Shown here piece after piece: positions 54,659 to 60,084 of a stretch of DNA of 60,084 bases (position 1 is its first letter; each line of letters opens with the position of its first letter). Origin of the DNA: Chrysochromulina tobinii (taxonomy: Eukaryota); assembly GCA_001275005.1 (NCBI GenBank), contig JWZX01003344.1, positions 1 to 60,084 on the forward strand. The letters are read 5' to 3'. The position numbers and the translations under genes were made by a program. Under the pieces are notes generated by a model, which worked only from the letters and a program-made list of their open reading frames with translations, was not told where the DNA came from and made no database searches.

Positions 54659-55355
54659 TCACTCCTTCTTCTCTTCCAATCCGTCGCCACACTTGATCGG
54701 CAGGACGGGCGACACAGCCGTCCGCGAAGCGCATATGCCCAGTACGGCGCCCTCGCAGCACGTGGCGATCAGCAGCTTGACGCGGCGCGTCTTGCGCTGC
54801 GCGAGCGAGGTCATCAGCATGCAATCAGCTTCCATAGATGGCAATCAGCATGCACCACGCATCTATGCGCTTAAATCTTGCGCTGCACGAGGAGAGAGAT
54901 TCCCAATAGTTCACACTCAGTGGCGCGATCAGTTTGAAGCATCCAGAGTCGCAGTCAGTCGCAATCAGTCGCAATCAGTCGCAATCAGTATGAAGCAACC
55001 ACAGAGTCGCAATCAGTCGCAATCAGTCGCCCATCGCACCTGCACGAGAGAGAGCGATTCCCAATAATTGAGCATCGCGTGGATCTCACGCAGGGCGCGG
55101 TTCGTCGCCTCGAGATGCGACGGGATGTACCAATAATCCTACAGCAATGCAATGAGGGGGGCATCAGCATGAGGGAGGGCATCAGCATCTAATGAGGGAG
55201 GCCATCAGAGCTCAGCAGCGCGTTAGGAGGATAAAGCGATGACAATCAAGTGCAATCAAGTGCAGCCGAGTGCAATCAAGTGCAATCACCTGGAGCGCGA
55301 GGAGGACGGAAGCGACGGCGATACTCGCAGGGATCCAATTGCCGAGCGCGATCAC
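54659..55355 (-). CDS. Three small exons (55355-55290, 55138-55040, 54796-54659) encoding a TM helix plus helical tail, possibly SLATT-like; they splice in frame onto the GH38 gene
   Basis: Phase-0 GT-AG junctions give VIALGNWIPASIAVASVLLALQ|DYWYIPSHLEATNRALREIHAMLNYWESLSLVQ|RKTRRVKLLIATCCEGAVLG...*. Confidence 0.55.
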
Positions 55356-55559
55356 CTGTGGGGAGAGGGGGGCGCCGTGGTGAGCCCTTGCATGCGTGCA
55401 GGCGAGACTCGCAGGGATCCGAGTGCCGAGCGCTGTGCCGAGCGCGATGTACCCCGAGCATGCAACGAGGGAGGCCATCAGCATGCAATGAGGGAGGCCA
55501 TCAGCATGCAATGAGGGAGGCCATCAGCATGCGATGGGAGGCTAATCAAGCGGGCTTAC

Positions 55560-58500
55560 CGCCGTCTGGTAGCTCACACTCCACCGAGCGCGCTCGCACT
55601 CGTCGGACTGCTCATCAGGCGAGAGGGGCGCCGTGGCGGGCGCCGAGTTGGGCGCCGTGGTGGGCGTCCCCTTGGCGCACTCGCCCCGTAGAACGACAAG
55701 GGGCGCTTGCATTCCGAAGATGCGTGCGGTGAGGCTCATCCGATGCCTCGTGGACAGGTGGCCCCAGACGAACCAAATCTTGAGATTGGACGGGCCAGAG
55801 TCGATTGCAGGTCTCATCAGCCCACGGCCGTCGTCCTGCAATCAAGGGCAATCAAGGGAGCTCACACCTGCCCCAGCGAGCGATGAAGGAGGATCTCGAG
55901 TGTGCCAATCAAGGGCAATCAAGGGCAATCAAGGGAGATCACACCTGCCCCAGCGAGCGATGAAGGAGGATCTCGAGACCGCCGTCGCCCACCCTCGCAG
56001 CGCCAACGGAGCGATCGAAGAGCAGCGTCAGTTGCTGCGGGGCGCCGTGGTGAGCGCCGTGGTGGGCGCCCGTGCCCCCTGTGCCGTTGCCAGCCTGCCG
56101 CAGAGCTGCGCCAACGGCTGTGGGGAAGAAGGCGGCAGCGGGGAAGGGAGTACGGTCCATACCCGGGGGTGGCCCTCGTCGGCGCCACGCTAAGCCATCG
56201 TGCGTGTGGAAGCTTGTCCCTAATTTGGAAGCCATCGTGCTTGTCACGGCGGAGAGCAGCCCGCTCTGCACGCGCAAGACCACCTCTTGATTGCGCGCGG
56301 CGTACACTGTCACGTCCATCTCCACCGCGGCCTCATGCTCGCTGTCCCTAATTTGGAAGTCGTCCGCCCCGCCTCTCGGCGCCGTCGTGGGCACCCCGCC
56401 GCTCGCGTGATGCACTCGGGTGGTCACTGTGAAGTGGCCCGGGCTCGTGCTCCGTACCTGCTCGAAGAGGCGCGCAAGGAGGGAGGTCATTAGCATGCAA
56501 TGAGGGAGGTCATCAGCATGCAATGAGGGCCCGTGCTCCGTACCTGCTCGAAGAGGCGCGTACGCTCCAACGACACCTGCCGCGCCACGTCACTCAGCGC
56601 CATCGGCGCCTTGTCGAGCAGCCTCATGATGTAGGCGCCGGACTTGTCTGTGCTGTAGGCTAGGAGTGAGGTATGCACCCGCAGGGCGAGCTTCGGCTCA
56701 CCTGCATGCAATGAGGGAGGCCATCAGCATGCATTGAGGGAGGCAATCAGTGAGTTTCGGCTCACCAGCACAGCCGAAGGACAGCTCACGCATCAGGCCC
56801 GAGCTGCCATCGAGGTGCACGTCGGTGCACCCGCCATGCAGAACCGGCCGCGACGGGCCTGCAACCGAGCCGCCCCAGACTTCCATACGAGGCAGCCTGC
56901 CTGCAACCGAGGGTTGTGCGGCTGCTGCAGACGAGGATTGAGAGGAGGCAGTGGTAGTCGTGGTGGCGACTGAGGCTGCAGCTCGTGCTGGCGACACGAA
57001 ATACGTCGCGAGGCCGAGGCCGGGCACACAGGCACGGAAGGCCACCTGTACCTCCGAGGGATCGGTGCTCGGACTTCCTAATTTGGAGGCCACGCGCACT
57101 AATGGATCGGTGCTCGGCATGGCGCCATGCCCGACGTTCCTAATTTGGACGAGCTCGGCCACGTCCGACGGCTCGGCCAGACGTGCAGATGGAATCTCGC
57201 GCCCGAGATCGTCGAGCACGGACGCGTCGGCGCACTCGACAGCGCCGTCCTGAGCGCATGCGCGGCTCATCGCCACCAGCGCGCAGCGAGGTGTTGGGAG
57301 CGGGTTGAACAGGATCAGAGGCACCGTGCTCGCGGGTGGTGCGTGGTCGACGTGGTGCGACACTGAAGGCAGCCGCCTTTCGACGAACTCGGTGGGGAAT
57401 TCTTGCAGTGGAGCGCCCGCGAGCAACATTGCAGCCGCGGTGGCAGCCAGCTTGCGTGCCTTCGAGATGACGTCACGCAGTGTCTTCTCATAGTCTGCCA
57501 CCACCTGCGTGCAAGGCATGTGATGAGGGAGGCAATCTGCATGCGATGAGGGAGGCAATCAGCATGCAATGAGGGAGGTCATCCGCATGCAATGAGAGAG
57601 GTCATCCGCATGCACTCAGGGAGGCGCTCCTGCCACCACCTGGGTGCGAGATGTGCCCGTGATCGCGTCGTGGTGCTGTAGTAACGCCACAGCCCGGCGA
57701 CATTGCGTGAGCGTCTCGAACGCGGCATGCAAGTGCTCGTCACGGCGCTCCTCCCCCTCGAGAGAGGCGAGCCAACGGACCACGCCGTGATGAGCACTTG
57801 CATGCGCGAGGACGACGAGCCAGTTGGCCGCGTGGAGCGCCGCCTCGGCGCGCCGCAGCGCCGTCTTGAGCGCCGGCCGAGTGCCGTAGAAGCCCGTCCA
57901 GTACGAGTGGTCATCGTCGGCGTAGGGGAGCAGATCTCCAGAGTACGAGATCGTGGGGAGCGCGGCCTTCTCAAAGTACGCCGCGGCAAAGTAGCGTGAG
58001 GGCGTTGAGAAGAGGACACGCAACTGCTCGCCTGGGTGCGAGGCATGCAATGAGGGAGGCCATCAGCATGCTATGAGGGAGGCCATCAGCATGCAATGAG
58101 GGAGGCCATTAGCATGCAATGAGGGAGGCCATTAGCATGCAATGAGGGAGGCCATCAGCATGCAATCTGCAATGATGAGGGAGGCCATCAGCATGCTATG
58201 CGCATCGGCTCACCCGGGTGCCTTTCAGCCCCTTGCATGTGCCCGTTGACCCACGCTGCAAGCCGCGACCAAGCAGAGGCAGCTCCAAGGGCATTCTTCC
58301 ATCGGAAGTCGTCGCCGAGGGGAATCATGACGTGGCGCGTTCGGTATGCTTGCGCGCGCTTCGTGGCAAACGCGATGAACTCGCGCGCTTTCTGCTCGAG
58401 CTCCACTTGCGGCAGGGAGGCTGCGCATGCAGTGAGGGAGGCCATCAGCATGCAATGAGGGAGGCAATCAGCATGCAATGAGGGAGGCTCACCCGGCGTG

Positions 58501-59117
58501 CGACGCGACTCAAAGTCAAAGCCTCGGGGAGAGGCGTAGTGGGTGTGAAGCACGTGGGTGTGAATGCCTTGAGTGCCCCCGAGGCCGCCGAGCTGCGGTG
58601 CGCCCGCCTTCCACACGAACTCAAGTTCTCGAAACGATCGCCAGCGCTCCTTGAGCCTGTAGTGAATCCGGTTGATGACGAGAGCTCGCAATCCCATACG
58701 AGCCATGAGAGCTGCGCTTGCGGCGGAGTGCCCAAACGGATCAATTTGCCACCCAACCTGCGGCCGCACGCCAAAGGTCGACTGTAACCATGCGTGCCCC
58801 TCTGTCATGGACTCAAGGATGCCGCCAACCGAGGTCAGAGCTTCGTCGTGCTGCACCCAGCCACCACCAGCAAACTCGAGTCGACCAGAGGCGACGAGCG
58901 CACGCACGATTGCCTGCCGCCGTACGCTCAGCTCGGCATAGTAGCGCGCGAAGAAGCACGTCTCCGCCCATGAAAACGTAAAGTTGCCATCTGCCTCCAG
59001 TGCTCCGATGACGCCGGAAAGGATAGGCTTCACCTCCATGCCGTAGTAGCGATCGGCTGTCTGCAACCAACCAGGGTCCGTATGGCTGTGCGGCACCAGG
59101 TGAATCGTCAAAGTCAT
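55560..59117 (-). CDS. Glycoside hydrolase family 38 alpha-mannosidase; exons 59117-58493, 58420-58214, 58031-57640, 57504-56766, 56701-56544, 56457-55945, 55835-55560; both ends uncertain
   Basis: HLVPHSHTDPGW (Zn site), GWQIDPFGHS (nucleophile Asp), PLGDDF, YWTGFY, QHHDAITGT, SGAYI and LEILLHRSLGQ|DDGRGL. All six introns are GT-AG and keep frame. Confidence 0.9.
58043..58200 (+). repeat. 23-nt satellite (GCATGCAATGAGGGAGGCCATCA) family; other arrays at about 55146-55210, 55458-55545, 56478-56529, 56704-56750, 57516-57624 and 58424-58488
   Basis: The same unit fills most introns of the GH38 locus, and a partial copy marks the 3' end of the VPS52 intron (48562-48580). Confidence 0.95.
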
Positions 59118-59584
59118 GAGGCCACGAGAGCTCGGCACGGCCAGCCAAGGGCCCTTCGACGTGGCGCACACCCGACGACCAAGGCCGCTCTCTTCTGGGC
59201 GTCCCCGCCATTAGCCTGTGAACCAGTTTGTGAACCAGAAGAACGCTCGGTTTCCGGTTCTCGTCTTCAGCAAGACGACAGACGCAGGGAGGCTCACGAA
59301 GATCCTGTCAAAAATGAAACATGTGTCTTTCATAGACCAATCTTCACACCGGAAACAGATGAGGTCCTTGTCGCAGTCGACCCTCTCTTCACCGCTGTCC
59401 GCTCCGTTCGACGCACAAAACGGCAATGCCACCACAGCTCTCGAATCCGTTTGGGCCACCGACGGACACAAATCCATTCGGACCGCCAGCGAAAGCAGCG
59501 CCACCACCGCCATCAGCCGCGGCGCAGGCGGGCGAAAAGATCTTCGGCGGCATCTCTTCTGGATTCAGTGCTCTCTCAAGAAGC

Positions 59585-59938
59585 ATGGACTCGCTGCCTA
59601 AGGCGCCGCCGCCACCAGAGGATGGTGAATCGCCGCCTAAGATGAGCACCGCGCGAATGTTGAAACTGGCGGCCGAGGAGGCCATGAAAGAGCAGCAGAA
59701 GCAGCCGCTGCAGCCGCAGCAGCCGCAGCAGCCGCAGCAGCCGCAGCAGCAGCCGCAGCAGCCGACGCCGACAGATGTGCCCGAGATTGCATTCCTCGAG
59801 GGTTTGGTCACGCGCATGCAACGCTGCGAGAAGGAGGGACAGCTCGAGCTCGCCGTGTCCATTTACAGGACGGCCCTGCCCGTCTTCGCCTCCGCAGACA
59901 CGGCCGCCCGGGCCATCAGTAAGGCCCATGGTCAGGAG
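59585..59938 (+). CDS. First exon of a gene running off the right edge (Pro/Gln-rich N-terminus, then helical segment)
   Basis: The ATG at 59585 opens 118 codons (MDSLPKAPPP...QPQQPQQ...AISKAHGQE) ending at a GAG|GTGAGT donor. Confidence 0.65.
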
Positions 59939-60023
59939 GTGAGTGGACCAATCTTGCGCAAGATCCATGCGGTGAGTCGACTTGCCTCCCTGATTGCACT
60001 TGATTGCCCCTTGCGAGAATTCA

Positions 60024-60084
60024 GCCTCACCCTCACCCTCACCATCACCCTCACCCTCACCCTCCACCCTCCACCCCTCCACCC
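60024..60084 (+). repeat. Intronic CCCTCA / CCCTCCA simple repeat
   Basis: Directly visible after the donor at 59939. Confidence 0.8.

Noticed and set aside
59211..59513. 100-aa ORF as the signal-anchor exon of the GH38 gene
   Set aside because: It is in the same frame and has a plausible donor at 59297, but an in-frame TAA intervenes and I could not find a convincing in-phase acceptor. Left unresolved.
60024..60084. CCCTCA repeats as a telomere
   Set aside because: The tract is short and degenerate, is not CCCTAA, and follows a splice donor, so it is more likely an intronic simple repeat.

Overview
This is GC-rich, gene-dense eukaryotic DNA with short GT-AG introns and very short intergenic spacers. 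Gene content and satellite-filled introns suggest a haptophyte alga such as Chrysochromulina (inference, not searched). About 26 protein-coding loci can be supported. They include SPEF2, a receptor-like kinase, a MYND finger protein, an ankyrin-RING protein, two RING-CH proteins, TenA, a histidine phosphatase, a myosin with a PH-PH-FERM tail, a YEATS protein, an IPT/TIG surface protein, a LYR protein, VPS52, an ABHD11-like hydrolase and a GH38 alpha-mannosidase. Two signals stand out. (1) A four-exon gene (about 9445-16949, +) splices into a ~2,300-aa protein with the order ARM repeats, TIR, ARM repeats, TIR, HET-like domain, coiled coil. It looks like a SARM1-like candidate immune or cell-death NADase with three putative effector domains, and it lies head-to-head with a transmembrane kinase. 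(2) Many introns consist of a short tandem satellite flanked by a direct duplication of neighbouring exon sequence, and two unrelated genes share an intron 3' end. This points to recent intron creation. No rRNA, tRNA or CRISPR array was recognised. All domain calls come from motifs read by eye and need HMM confirmation.
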